A DNA stretch of 64,000 nucleotides from Macrostomum lignano (lineage: Eukaryota), in contig NIVC01001613.1 of the NCBI GenBank assembly GCA_002269645.1, positions 1 to 64,000 of the forward strand. The letters are read 5' to 3'. Positions 41,601 through 52,964 of this stretch are shown one piece after another. The translations under genes were made by a program, and so were the position numbers. Below the pieces are notes generated by a model that was given only the letters and a program-made list of their open reading frames with translations, made no database searches and was not told the DNA's origin. Position 1 is the first letter of the stretch. Each line of letters opens with the position of its first letter.

Positions 41601-44176
41601 ATGATTGCAGGCACTTGACGCTGCCAGAAACGAGCTGCGCTTCCTTCTAGTTTATCTCCACGCCGAGAGCCACCAGGACACCGACCAGTTCTGTCGTCAA
41701 GTGCTAGTTAGCGAAGTTTTCAGCGCATTTTTGCAAGCCTCGGGCATCAATTTCTGGATGTGCTCAATTAGCAGTCCGGAGGGGGCTCGAGTGTCGCAGG
41801 TGAGTGTAATGAGTCGCGCCTTCTGTAATCGCCATTAAGAATCGCCTCTTCTTAATCGCCATTAGGGATCGCCCCTCACGTAATCGCCATTGAAAATCGC
41901 CCCTCCAGTAATCGCCATTAAGAATCGCCCCTCGCGTAATCGCCATTGAAAATCGCCCCTCGCGTAATCGCCATTAAGGATCGCCCTCGCGTAATCCCCC
42001 TTGAGAATCGCCTCTCTTTAATCGCCATTGAGAATTGCCTCCTACATAATCGCCATTATGGATCGCCCCTCGCGTAATCGCCATTGAAAATCGCCCCTCC
42101 TGTAATCGCCATTAATAATCGCCTCATAATCGCCATTCAGATTCGCTCCATAACCGTCATTAAGAATCGCCCCATAATCGCCATTAAGAATCGCCCCATA
42201 ATCGCCATCAAGAATCACCCCATAATCGCCATTAAGAATCGCCCCATAATCGCCATTAAGAATCGGCCCATAATTTCCATTAAGAATTGCCCATTAATTG
42301 CCAATAAGAATCACCCATTAATCGCCATTAAGAATCTTATCAAAATGTTCATCCCTACACTCGCCAGGCCCTTCGCGAGACCGGCTACCCATTCCTGGCG
42401 CTCATAGTGCTCAAGCAAAGTCGCATGACTGTCGTAGCCCGATTCGAGGGCCTGCTCAGCCTGGAGCAGCTGCTAGCCGAATTAGACGCGGCCGTTACAG
42501 ATTTCGAGCCTTATCTGGCCGAGGAGAGGGCTCGCCGCCAGAGTCTGGAGATGAATAGGCGGCTTATCGAAGAGCAGGATCAGGTTCGGGCTTGAGAATT
42601 TGAGATTCATTTTAGCTTGTTGTTGGCTTTCTTAGAAACCTGCTAATCTCTTCATTTTTTGTTTCTTGTGTTGTGAGATTTGATCATTCATTCTCATGCG
42701 TGGGATAGAATTAAGCTATTTCTCATGTGGGAGGTTCTGTCACTGCTTAAGTGAAATTAGATTATTCTCAGGTGAGATTTGATCGTTCTCATGCTTGGGA
42801 TTTACTGAATTCCACGCGTGTGATTTGATCATTTTGCGTGAGATTCGATTATTCTCAGGTGAGATTTGATCATTCTCAGGTGGAACTAGATCATTCTCAA
42901 GTGTGAGATTCGATCATTCTCAGATGTGAGATTCGATCATTATCAGGTGAGATTTGATCATTCTCAGGTGAGATTTGATCATTCTCAGGTGAGATTTAAT
43001 TATTCTCAGGTGAGATTTGATCATTCTCAGTTGGGACTAGATCATTCTTAAGTTTGAGATTCGATCATTCTTGGATGTGAGATTTGATCATTCTCAGGTA
43101 AGATTTGATCATTCTCAGGTGAGACTTGATCATTCTCAGGTGAGATTTAATTATTCTCAGGTGAGATTTGATCATTCTCAGGTGAGATTTAATTATTCTC
43201 AGGTGAGATTTGATCATTCTCAGTTGGGACTAGATCATTCTTAAGTTTGAGATTCGATCATTCTTGGATGTGAGATTTGATCATTCTCAGGTAAGATTTG
43301 ATCATTCTCAGGTGAGACTTGATCATTCTCAGGTGAGATTTAATTATTCTCAGGTGAGATTTGATCATTCTCAGGTGAGATTTAATTATTCTCAGGTGAG
43401 ATTTGATCATTCTCAGTTGGGACTAGATCATTCTCAAGTGTGAGATTCGATCATTCTCAGATGTGAGATTTGATCATTCTCAGGTGAGATTTGATCATTC
43501 TCAGGTGAGATTTAATTATTCTCAGGTGAGATTTGATCATTCTCAGTTGGGACTAGATCATTCTCAAGTGTGAGATTCGATCATTCTTGGGTGTGAGATT
43601 CGGTCATTCTCAGGTGAGATTCGATCATTCTCAGGTGAGATTCGATCATTCTCAGGTGAGATTTAATCATTCTTAGGTGAGATTTAATCATTCTTAGGTG
43701 AGATTTAACCATTCTTAGGTGAGATTACCCCATTCCTCCCCCTCCGCCCCCTTTCCCAGGCGTACGCGGCTGCGCTCGCCCAAGACCGGGAGCGCGAGGA
43801 GCGGCGCCAAGCCGAAGAGGCTGAGCGCAGCGCCGAACGGGACGCCAACGAGCGCCGTAGAGAAGAGCGCCAGCGCGAGCTGGCCAGACTGCGCGACCTG
43901 CTGCCGGCCGAGCCGTCAGCCGACGAAGACGGCGGCGCAACAGTGAAGCTGTCTGTCCGGTTGCCGGGCGCCTCAGACAGGTTGGAGCGCCGGTTCCGGC
44001 TGGGCGAGCCTATTCAGCATCTGCACTATTTTATTAAACTGCAAGAATTGGCGCCCGAACGTTTCTCGGTGTGCACCAGCTTCCCGAAGCGCGTTCTGCC
44101 AGTTGAAGGCACTTTTAAAGAGGCCGGATTAACCCAGGCTGAGGTTCTGTTTGTTATGGACGATGACGACGAATGA
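38679..44176 (+). CDS. FAF2: FAS-associated factor 2 / UBXD8 (UBA-like, UAS, coiled coil, UBX; p97/VCP adaptor), ~544 aa. Exons 38679-39491, 41611-41799, 42368-42583, 43760-44176
   Basis: YSQ|ALDAARNELRFLLVYLH, ALRETGYPFLALIVLKQSRMTVVARFEG, LIEEQDQ|AYAAALAQDRER, UBX (RLERRFR..FPKR..GLTQAEVLFV). All introns are phase 0 GT-AG. Confidence 0.93.
39525..41535 (+). repeat. 30-bp tandem repeat AGTTTGTTTCTTAGAATTGGGAAGCAACCA in FAF2 intron 1
   Basis: About 66 copies; source of the 700/422/419-aa pseudo-ORFs. Confidence 0.97.
41825..42345. repeat. 21-27-bp tandem repeat (TAATCGCCATTAAGAATCGCCCC) in FAF2 intron 2
   Basis: About 21 diverged copies. Confidence 0.9.
42770..43730 (+). repeat. 21-bp tandem repeat GTGAGATTTGATCATTCTCAG in FAF2 intron 3
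   Basis: About 45 copies with recurring variant blocks. Confidence 0.95.
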
Positions 44177-44399
44177 AGTTTGATAATAATAATTTGCTGA
44201 TAGACTAACCTGTGTGTGGATTTCTCTCTCTTCTGCTCTCGCTGTGTGTGTGCAATTTTTGGCATGTGTGATTTTTTAGCTAAGAAGTTCTCACACTGGA
44301 TCGCGATGCAAGGCGGCTTCTTGAATGCGGCTTTTTGTTTAGTCGAAAGTGCGCCGGTTTTTGTTAAGATTTGTTGTCTGATTATCATTCGTAAGGATA

Positions 44400-44885
44400 T
44401 GGACAGGCAGATTCAGAGGTTTGACAGGCAGATTCAGAGGTTGGACAGGCAGATTCAGAGGTTGGACAGGCAGATTCAGGGGTTGGACAGGTAGATTCAG
44501 AGGTTGGACAGGCAGATTCAGAGGTTGGACAGGCAGATTCAGAGGTTGGACAGGCAGATTCAGGGGTTGGACAGGTAGATTCAGAGGTTGGACAGGCAGA
44601 TTCAGAGGTTGGACAGGCAGATTCAGAGGTTGGACAGGCAGATTCAGAGGTTGGACAGGCAGATTCAGAGGTTGGACAGGCAGATTCAGAGGTTGGACAG
44701 GCAGATTCAGAGGTTGGACAGGCAGATTCAGGGGTTGGACAGGTAGATTCAGAGGTTGGACAGGCAGATTCAGAGGTTGGACAGGCAGATTCAGAGGTTG
44801 GACAGGCAGATTCAGAGGTTTGACAGGCAGATTCAGAGGTTGGACAGGCAGATTCAGAGGTTTGACAGGCAGATTCAGGGGTAGT
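44400..44885. repeat. 21-bp tandem repeat GGACAGGCAGATTCAGAGGTT just downstream of the FAF2 stop
   Basis: About 23 copies. Confidence 0.95.
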
Positions 44886-46711
44886 GGAAGCGGATAGGAG
44901 AGAAATTCCTATCTTTTCTAAATTTACGGGTATCCGTAAAATTCTGGAAGCACTGAAATATTTCAGAATTAGCTTCTCTGGTAAGAGTATTAAAACAAAT
45001 ATGCTAATATGCATCAATGCTTACTACAAGTATATCACATTCATCTTTGCCTATCGCCTAATTCGTTTAGTCTCTGATTGTCTCTGTAATTTTATACTAC
45101 TGTTCTGCTCTATATATTCTGAAGCACGACTACCGGACTTCATCAATTAGCAGTTTTCAGTCCGAATTGAATTTTCAAAATTCTGTTCATTATTTTTGTC
45201 TTTTTTTCTGATACTTTTAATCCTGCTTAAAATACTGCTTGTTTTGATGTTGATTGCTGCTTATAACGTTTGAATTTTGTGCTTTTTCACTTATTTTTAA
45301 GGAGCGGTTCAAACAGATGCTATACTACTCATAAGTAATGGATTTTGATTGTTTCGAACTGCGAAGCTTCTTCGAATGAACTACACTTTCGTTTATTTCA
45401 CGCAAGTTACCTTGTATATTGCATATATATATAAGTTGTATTACTTCTATATCAATTAAAATGATTTCTTGGCTAATTTTTTTCTCCAATTTAAAACGAA
45501 ACAAAAACAATTCAGTGTAAGCATTAAGCTGTACCATACTACTATTAGTACCTCTATCAAACAAAGTATGTGAGTAGAGGTAAATTGTATGTTTAAATAT
45601 TTTGGCCATTCTTTTTCGTTCACTGTGTCTGTCTTTCTGGCTGTCTCTCTGTCAGTCAGTTTCAGCCATTATATCTTAGCAGTAGTTTACCTTCAAATGT
45701 TTTGTGTTTCTTTTTCTATTTGGCAACCTTCCGTTTACGAGTAATGTATATTTTTAATTCATTGTTTGCTGTGGCTATAAAATTTTGTTGATCCTTATAA
45801 CCGACTAAAGGTAGTCTTTTCTGTTCATTGCATCACATGCATGCGCACATATATAGTTATAAATATTTTGATTTCATATGTGTCTGGATCAATTCTGCAT
45901 TAGCTGTGCGCCTTGAGTTTATAACAATTAATCACATAATAGAGACCAGTCTGGTTAAAGCTTTGTAATTTATGTAGTGTATATTGTTGCTTTAATCTGC
46001 TCTGTCGGTCCTAGTTTCTCACTGCCGTAAGCCTCAATGTACTATTTAGCTCATTTGAACTATTTGTACCAATAAGTTTCATTGGTGTGTACTATAATAC
46101 TCGTAGTAAGGCAGATATTCAAATAGTTTGCCATCTCATTCATTAGTTCATTCAATGTGACGCGGGTCATCCGAACTTAACACAACCTTTCAATTCTGCT
46201 CTTTTCCCTTCCTAATAAATACAATAAGTTTAAATACACAGACGAGGGTTGTGCCTCGGATATTCAGTTTTCAAAAATCTTACAATTACTCTGTGTTCAA
46301 GAAACAAGCGGCACCTGCAACTATTGAAATCTGAAATACAGTCTGTTGAATGACGCTGTTTTGCGACGTGCACAGTTTATTTTCTGTTTTAAAAAAAAAT
46401 ATATATATAAGAGGATAAAACCTCTTATATATAAAAGGAAAAAACTTTTACCAAATGTTGACCAATATTGGGCAGCTTGGAGTGTGATAAAAATCGCCAT
46501 AGAAAATACCCTTGAATAATTGAATAACCCTTTAATTATTCTTATCTAGTAAATTAAAAAACATGAAAGACAATGTTAAGGTAAAATTAGAAATATTTAT
46601 TTATGAACAAGCCACTGTTAAGCATGCCGCCAGCGCAAGATATCGTAGAAACGTAAAGCAGCTCGACTCGAACATACAAGTACACCATTCTACATAGCTT
46701 CGATGATAATG

Positions 46712-47368
46712 AATTCCGGCTGTTTCGCCCGCAAACCGTTTCGGCCATGGACATTTCGCCCATAGTCCGTTTCGCCCATAAACCAGTTCGGCCATGGACC
46801 GTTTCGCCTCCAATTTGGGCATGGGTATTAATGTACTATTATGTATTAACTAGAGATACAGCTGTACATGTATCCTTTTTCAATGCTAATTTTTAGTTTT
46901 AATGTGTAATCAAATATGATCTGAATTGTTGCCACAACAATTGTGTTATTGCGTTATTGTGATTTTGTTTATTATGATTGTGAATTATTACGAGTTTTTT
47001 AAGCCATTCCTTTCAAAGGTACAAGGCAAGGTAATTAGGCCAGAAATATTTTGACTAGAGCGTTATGGACATACAACCTTAGAGATTTAGTATATTTGGA
47101 TTTTTGGTGTTTAATTAGCCCCTGGAGTGGGAGTGGCTACCATTGAACCTCGCTTATAATAAATTGTATCGTTGGTTGTCAGTGCTCCTGGCACTTTTGC
47201 CTCATCTCGCATACTCTCAGCTCATGACTTTGTTCATTTCAACCCTGGTCCAAATTGGAGGCGAAACGTTCCATGGCCGAAACGGTTTGTGGGCGAAACG
47301 GTATGTGGGCGAAATGGTCTGGGGCGAAATGTCTATGGCCGAAACAGTTTATGGGCAAAACTAAGTCC
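46712..47368. mobile_element. Foldback/MITE-like element with ~115-bp inverted arms built from short TTTCGCCC/TTTCGGCC motifs
   Basis: CCGTTTCGCCTCCAATTTGGGC (~46800-46821) is inverted at ~47248-47270, and the repeated motifs face inward from both ends. No TSD identified. Confidence 0.6.
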
Positions 47369-48419
47369 TTGCTTCGGCGTTTAAAGGATAAGAAACTGAT
47401 GAAAATTACAATGAAGTATAATTGGGTTACAAAAAAAATTACGTCGTCGTACATTACAGATAAATAAATTTATAACAATTTAACAGCACGGCAAGCCAAT
47501 GGTTGGAAAGTGAAGAATTCGGTAATTTTTGCTTGTTTTCGCTCAAAATTGTGTCATATTTAAATAGTTAAACTTCTCGGCGTTTCGGCGCGGGCCTTGA
47601 ACTTGACTCGACCGATTGATCGATCTCGACTGCAGTATTTGCACAAGCACAAGCACAACCAATCATGCGAATCATGGTAATTGCATATTTTTATGGACCA
47701 AAGCTCGCTCTCATACTCTGTCTAACTAAATAGGGATGCCTAAGATTTCGTAAATTCTTGATTTTCACCTCTAGGCTTTCATATATCATGACATATGTCG
47801 TTTCCTGCCAGTCTGACACACCTTTCCATGTAATATATATTGTCTTGTGATATTTAATATACATAGGCCTAGCTAGGAACCTGGGCCTAGGCCTACCTTA
47901 CCAATAACTTTTCAACACAAGAGTTTTAGCCTATATTAAAAAATAAAAATGCCAATTGAATAGTCTGACATATTGCATATATAGCACCTATTGAATAGTT
48001 TAGGGCCTAGGCAACAAAATATATAGAATAGGCCCTAGATTTTTTGCAAATGAATATATATTGTACATCAATGTACATTATTCTATATACTAAATTCTTA
48101 GAATGAAACTATAAGCCTAGTTTAAATGCTTAGTGTCAAGTCAGTTTATGTTGATGCTGATAAAAATCCATTTTCAAAGCATCTATAGTAAGTAGGGGGC
48201 CTAATGGGTGCTGGTAAACTCATAAACTTTTTTTTGTCAACTGGCCTAGCTATAGGCCTATGGTAATTTGTCAACTGGTAAATTCGTCAACTGGTAAAAT
48301 TCCTCAGTATACAATAGTACATGCAGTATATGTATATGCAGCTGTCTCAGTGTACAGATAATTTGAGATAAAACAGATTCATAAGGAACAGATTTCTAGG
48401 AAGCAGAAATCAAAATTCT

Positions 48420-48605
48420 GCAAGGAAAGTTTGGTAAGCATAGTTCCCGCAAGCAAATTTTGGCAAGCAAAGTTTGGCAAGCTGCAAGCAAAGTTAGGCA
48501 TGCAAAGTTTGGCAAGCAAAGTTTGGCAAGCAAAATTTGGTATAGCCTAAGCAAAATTTGGTAAGCAAACTTTGGCAAGCAAAGTTTGGCAAGCAAAATT
48601 CCTGC
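48420..48605. repeat. Degenerate ~14-bp repeat GCAAAGTTTGGCAA
   Basis: About 12 diverged copies. Confidence 0.75.
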
Positions 48606-51414
48606 AAATGTTGTACTCCCAGAATATATGGCTAGGCCTCTGAATGGTATTTTTCAAATATAGGCCTATATATTTTTAACCTAGGAAGTACAAAGTTAAA
48701 ATAGGTTAAAATTAAAAAAGCAAAAGAAAAATAGGCATACCAGTTAAAGTAAACTACTTAAAAGTCATTCTATCTGAAATGGATACAAAAATAAATATAT
48801 TTCTAGATAGGCCTCCTATCTATACCTAAAGGCTAAACTCTAGGCCTAATATTAAATTTCTCATTTTATAATATATAAAATAAGGAATATCTATAGGCCT
48901 AGGCCTATCTGATAATCTATGTTATATATAAAAAAGCTTATGATCTTTTTATTTCAAATTGCCAAATAAGGCCAAGGGTTTAGTATATTATTAAAATTAT
49001 TAGTAGACCTGCCGCCCTAGGCCTAAGCCTAACCAAGCCTAAGTCTAAGATTTGCCCAAAATCTAAGATTTGCCCAAAGCCTGAAAGACATTCTAGTTTT
49101 GAGTAGGCCTAGCTTTTAGTTTTTCTGTTTAATAAGCTTTTTTGTATTAAAACTTAAATAATTACAGTTAAATCGAGATCTTATTTATCTATTAAATACA
49201 TTGTCAAATTAGTTTTCATTTCTATTTTCTAGCATAGGATTATAGGTAGGGGGCCTAAAATAAAAAAAATATTATAATTCTTTCTAACCGTTTTTTGTGC
49301 AATAGAAATTCCATAGCTATTCTTAAGAGCAATTCTTTAAAGCAATCTTGGCTTAAAAAATTGCATCTTCAAATTAGATCTTTGATACAATTTTGTATCC
49401 TAGTACTAACAAAAAATATAAACTAGGTCATGGATGCTATATGACATCTTGACTATCTAAATTGCATCCTAAAATTAGACCTTGAATGCAATATTGTATC
49501 CTGATACTTACAAAAAACCCTGTTTTCCAATCTTTAAAATCACAGATCCTATTTGTTAGCTTAGCATTAGTCATTAGATAGATAGAATAGGATAAGATAG
49601 ACAGGACTAAATTTTAATTAAAGCTAGTCAAGCAAGGTCAAAATAATAAAGCCTATTAAAATTATTAAGGATACTAGATAAGTAAACAGCTAGGCTAATC
49701 TAATGGCCTTGACAATCCCTATTACAAGAAAGCCCATTCACATTTAAAATACAATAGGACTTAATATATAGTAAAACTATATTAGCAAAGTATATATTAA
49801 TAAGTATCATAGGAAGAGGGAAATCACTACTAAATAAATACTGACTAAATAATTAAGAGATAATTTTCAAGAATGCAGGATATATTATAAAAATTAAATA
49901 GATTTAAGTCATATTAAAATACTTTATAAAATAGTTTTTCAATTATTTTATACTCCATAAAGTTTTTAATGTTTCAATATATATTATATATATATATTTA
50001 GTATATGAATCTGGTTTTTTCTATAATTATATTCTATAATCTAGATTCAACAGATTCAATAATCTATAAGCAGCAAGTAGCTAGTTATAATTTTTATAAA
50101 ATTGCATATTTGAAAAGGTTCAAACATATGGTCTACATTGGCTAATTAGCTGATATAAATATAATATAACCATTATATTAATTTGAAAAGAATGAGTCTA
50201 GGTACTTAGCAAGATGATATTTGGCAATCCTAACCAAAACTATGGGATAAAGAAGATAGCCTTATAGGTTCCATAAAGTTGGTCCACTTGGCTATCCTTT
50301 GCATATATGCATTTGTAAATTTCAGTGGGGGACAAATTTGAGCAGATGCTTGTGAAGGTAACCCTGAATGCATAGCCCCTTTTTAAGCACAAGATGTCTA
50401 TTACTATTCTAAAAATATTCCACCATGGAAAATTTTGTTTTGTTAGAGATTATTTTGTCAAGTTTTTTATAATTATCAATGGTATTAAAAATAGCAGCAC
50501 TGTTTGTTGCATTGGTCATAAGGAACAATCTTAATTATCTTGTTATTTGCTTATCAAAGCAATAATGATATTTGGATTAAAGTCTTCTATATTATCATAA
50601 TGTTATTATTTGGTCATAGATATAATTGGCCTTTCAGAGTGAGAGCTATTAATGATAGTGTTGGCTAGTTCTAATTGATTTAATCTAGTAGCAAAACTGA
50701 TATAAAAGAACTGCTTTCTATTAATTTTTTTGCATTCTTACCCATCTATGACTATATGAAAACATAATATTTACTACTGATTAGTAATGAAATTTTCCTT
50801 TTTTAAGGTTTAAATCAATTATACTAAAAATTAGTGTTAAAGGCAAGTTGCCAAAACTTTTTGTATACCCTTCATATAGCTAAAAGGCCTAAAACATGAG
50901 TGGAATTCTCTATTAGCACCACTCATTACTATCATGTTGTGGCAATACAATTTGCAATTAAAAATTTACCTTGAAGCCTTAGTTTTTAGCTTTTACAAAG
51001 TATATAGTTGTTGAGTCTTATAGTAGTATGACTAGATAGTAAAATATCAAATCTTGGATATTTGTTGCTAGCATTGTACACAATTACTAGTTATTTATCA
51101 GTTTAAATTGTGTAATACAACTGTTTATCTAGATCTTATAATAAGATAATAAGCTTTTAATTGCTAGTCTATAAGCTTGCTAAAAGCTACATGCTACATG
51201 GTTCTTTGCTATTGCCAAACTGGTTTTTTCTCTTACAAAGTGCTCTAAGTCTAATGGATATAGCAAAGTATATGGCCTCATTCTTTTGCTCCTGCTTTAA
51301 GCTGTTTGTAGCTTAAATCTTCGATGCCATCTGGCAATTACAGCATCTGCCAGGTCCGTCTAGACCACAGTGCAGTTTCTCAACTTCTTCATCAATAAGC
51401 ATCAAATTCAAAGA

Positions 51415-52077
51415 ATGGAGAAACTATTAATATTAATTCGTCAGACAGCTTTCCGCGATAAACTGTTCCGTTTGGTGCAATATGCCAGCCGTCTGTTGGC
51501 GCACCTTCTCGAAGTGAAACGATTAGGCGGATTAGATGGACTTCGAGCTAGACAGGAGCTGATAGTTAAGCTAACCAGATTAGAGCTTCATTTGAGCACA
51601 GCTAGAAAGCTGTTGCGACTTGGCAATAGCGCCGATTCAATCTACGCTGCTTTGCGAAGTCTGCATATTAAAAACGATGTACACCGATTCACCATTACAA
51701 TGTCCAGGATTGCATCGGCAATATTCTTACTGATTGACCATTGGCTATGGGTTGGTCGAGTAGGCTTGGCTCAAGTTGATAAAACCAAATGGAGTTCGAT
51801 TAGCAATCGATTCTGGCTATTGTCCATTCTGTTAGGGTTGACACGCGACGCTTACGATATTACTAACTATTGCCAGGCGTCTGGCGGCCTGTCTAGAGCG
51901 CTGCGCGACCGTCCACTGCTGCTTGATACTGCTAAGAATATCTGCGATCTATTCCTACCAGTAGTATCGTTAAACTATGTTCGTCTGTCGCCTGGAGCCC
52001 AAGGATTCTTTGGTTTGATATCGTCGGCTTTGGCTTTGGCTGTAATTGCCAAGCCCTCGTTGAAATTGATGCCATAA
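51415..52077 (+). CDS. PEX11: Peroxisomal membrane protein PEX11 (alpha/beta type), 220 aa, intronless CDS
   Basis: MEKLLILIRQTAFRDKLFRLVQYASRLL, LSTARKLLRLGN, DHWLWVGRVGL, SNRFWLLSILLGLTRD, LLLDTAKNICD and GFFGLISS match PEX11 family motifs; the ATG at 51415 aligns with the family N-terminus. Confidence 0.92.
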   Translation: MEKLLILIRQTAFRDKLFRLVQYASRLLAHLLEVKRLGGLDGLRARQELIVKLTRLELHLSTARKLLRLGNSADSIYAALRSLHIKNDVHRFTITMSRIASAIFLLIDHWLWVGRVGLAQVDKTKWSSISNRFWLLSILLGLTRDAYDITNYCQASGGLSRALRDRPLLLDTAKNICDLFLPVVSLNYVRLSPGAQGFFGLISSALALAVIAKPSLKLMP

Positions 52078-52304
52078 AACTATTGATAAAGTTTGTTTTT
52101 TGTGGTCTTTCTGATTTTCAATTGATTTTCGTTAAAATGTTTAAATTGTAGTTTTTTACTGTTTTTATCGGGTTGATGTTGAAGATCAGGATGAGGCTTT
52201 GTTATTTTAATAAATGAAATACTTTCTTTCGATTCTAAAGGACAACAGAAAGTTAATTGAAGGTGTTGTACTAGTTGCGACTGAAGTACACAACTCAAGG
52301 ATCT

Positions 52305-52608
52305 AATAATTATAATAATTGATTACAACTGTTCTCCATTGGGCCAGATGTGCAACCGACAGCTCAGCCGCAGCTATTGCGCGGCGCATCTGAAGGCTGC
52401 GTACGGCTGTTCAGTCCAAGGAATGGGGGGGGGTCGCCACACACACCCTCAATTACCCCAGCTGGCACCCATTTCACAGCTGGGTGAACTGAAGCAATGC
52501 AGAGTTAAGTGTCTTTCTCAAGGACACAAATTGTTCCGAGTAGGTTGAGAATCGAACCCCCGACCTATTAGTCGTGAGTTCGACGCTCTAACCACTAGAC
52601 TACAACCC
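52305..52608 (-). mobile_element. tRNA-derived CORE-like SINE family 2, copy B (intact)
   Basis: A box TAGTCTAGTGG, B box GGTTCGATTCT, CORE-like GTGTCCTTGAGAAAGACACTTAACTCTGCATTGCTTCAGTTCACCCAGCTGTGAAATGGG, AT-rich tail; possible TSD AAGG(A/G)TC. Confidence 0.85.
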
Positions 52609-52964
52609 AAGGGTCAAGGGTCTAGTACTACTAGCGACTCTAAGGTACTGAAGTCGAGGTCTAAAACTATAAGCGACTCTAAAATACTGAGTTTTTTCCT
52701 TTGATTGAAGTATAGTATTGCGAATAAAAATTTAGTTTATGATTATTGTTACTTCTTGCTAAGTAAAATATTTATTGTGAATTTTCCTGTTCTGAAAAAT
52801 GACAAATACACATTTTTTGTAACTTTTGAGTTTTGAAATTGCCTTGCTTTTGCGTGTTATTTTTTAACTAATTTTATTTCATGTAGAATTATGAAGTAAT
52901 TTACCCTTAGTAAGTTAGCACCTTAGATTGAATGAATCATCAAGCCCGGTTTCCGAATGTAAAC

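Noticed and set aside
39548-41650. 700-, 422- and 419-aa ORFs
   Set aside because: Translations of a 30-bp repeat open on both strands, lying inside phase-consistent FAF2 intron 1.
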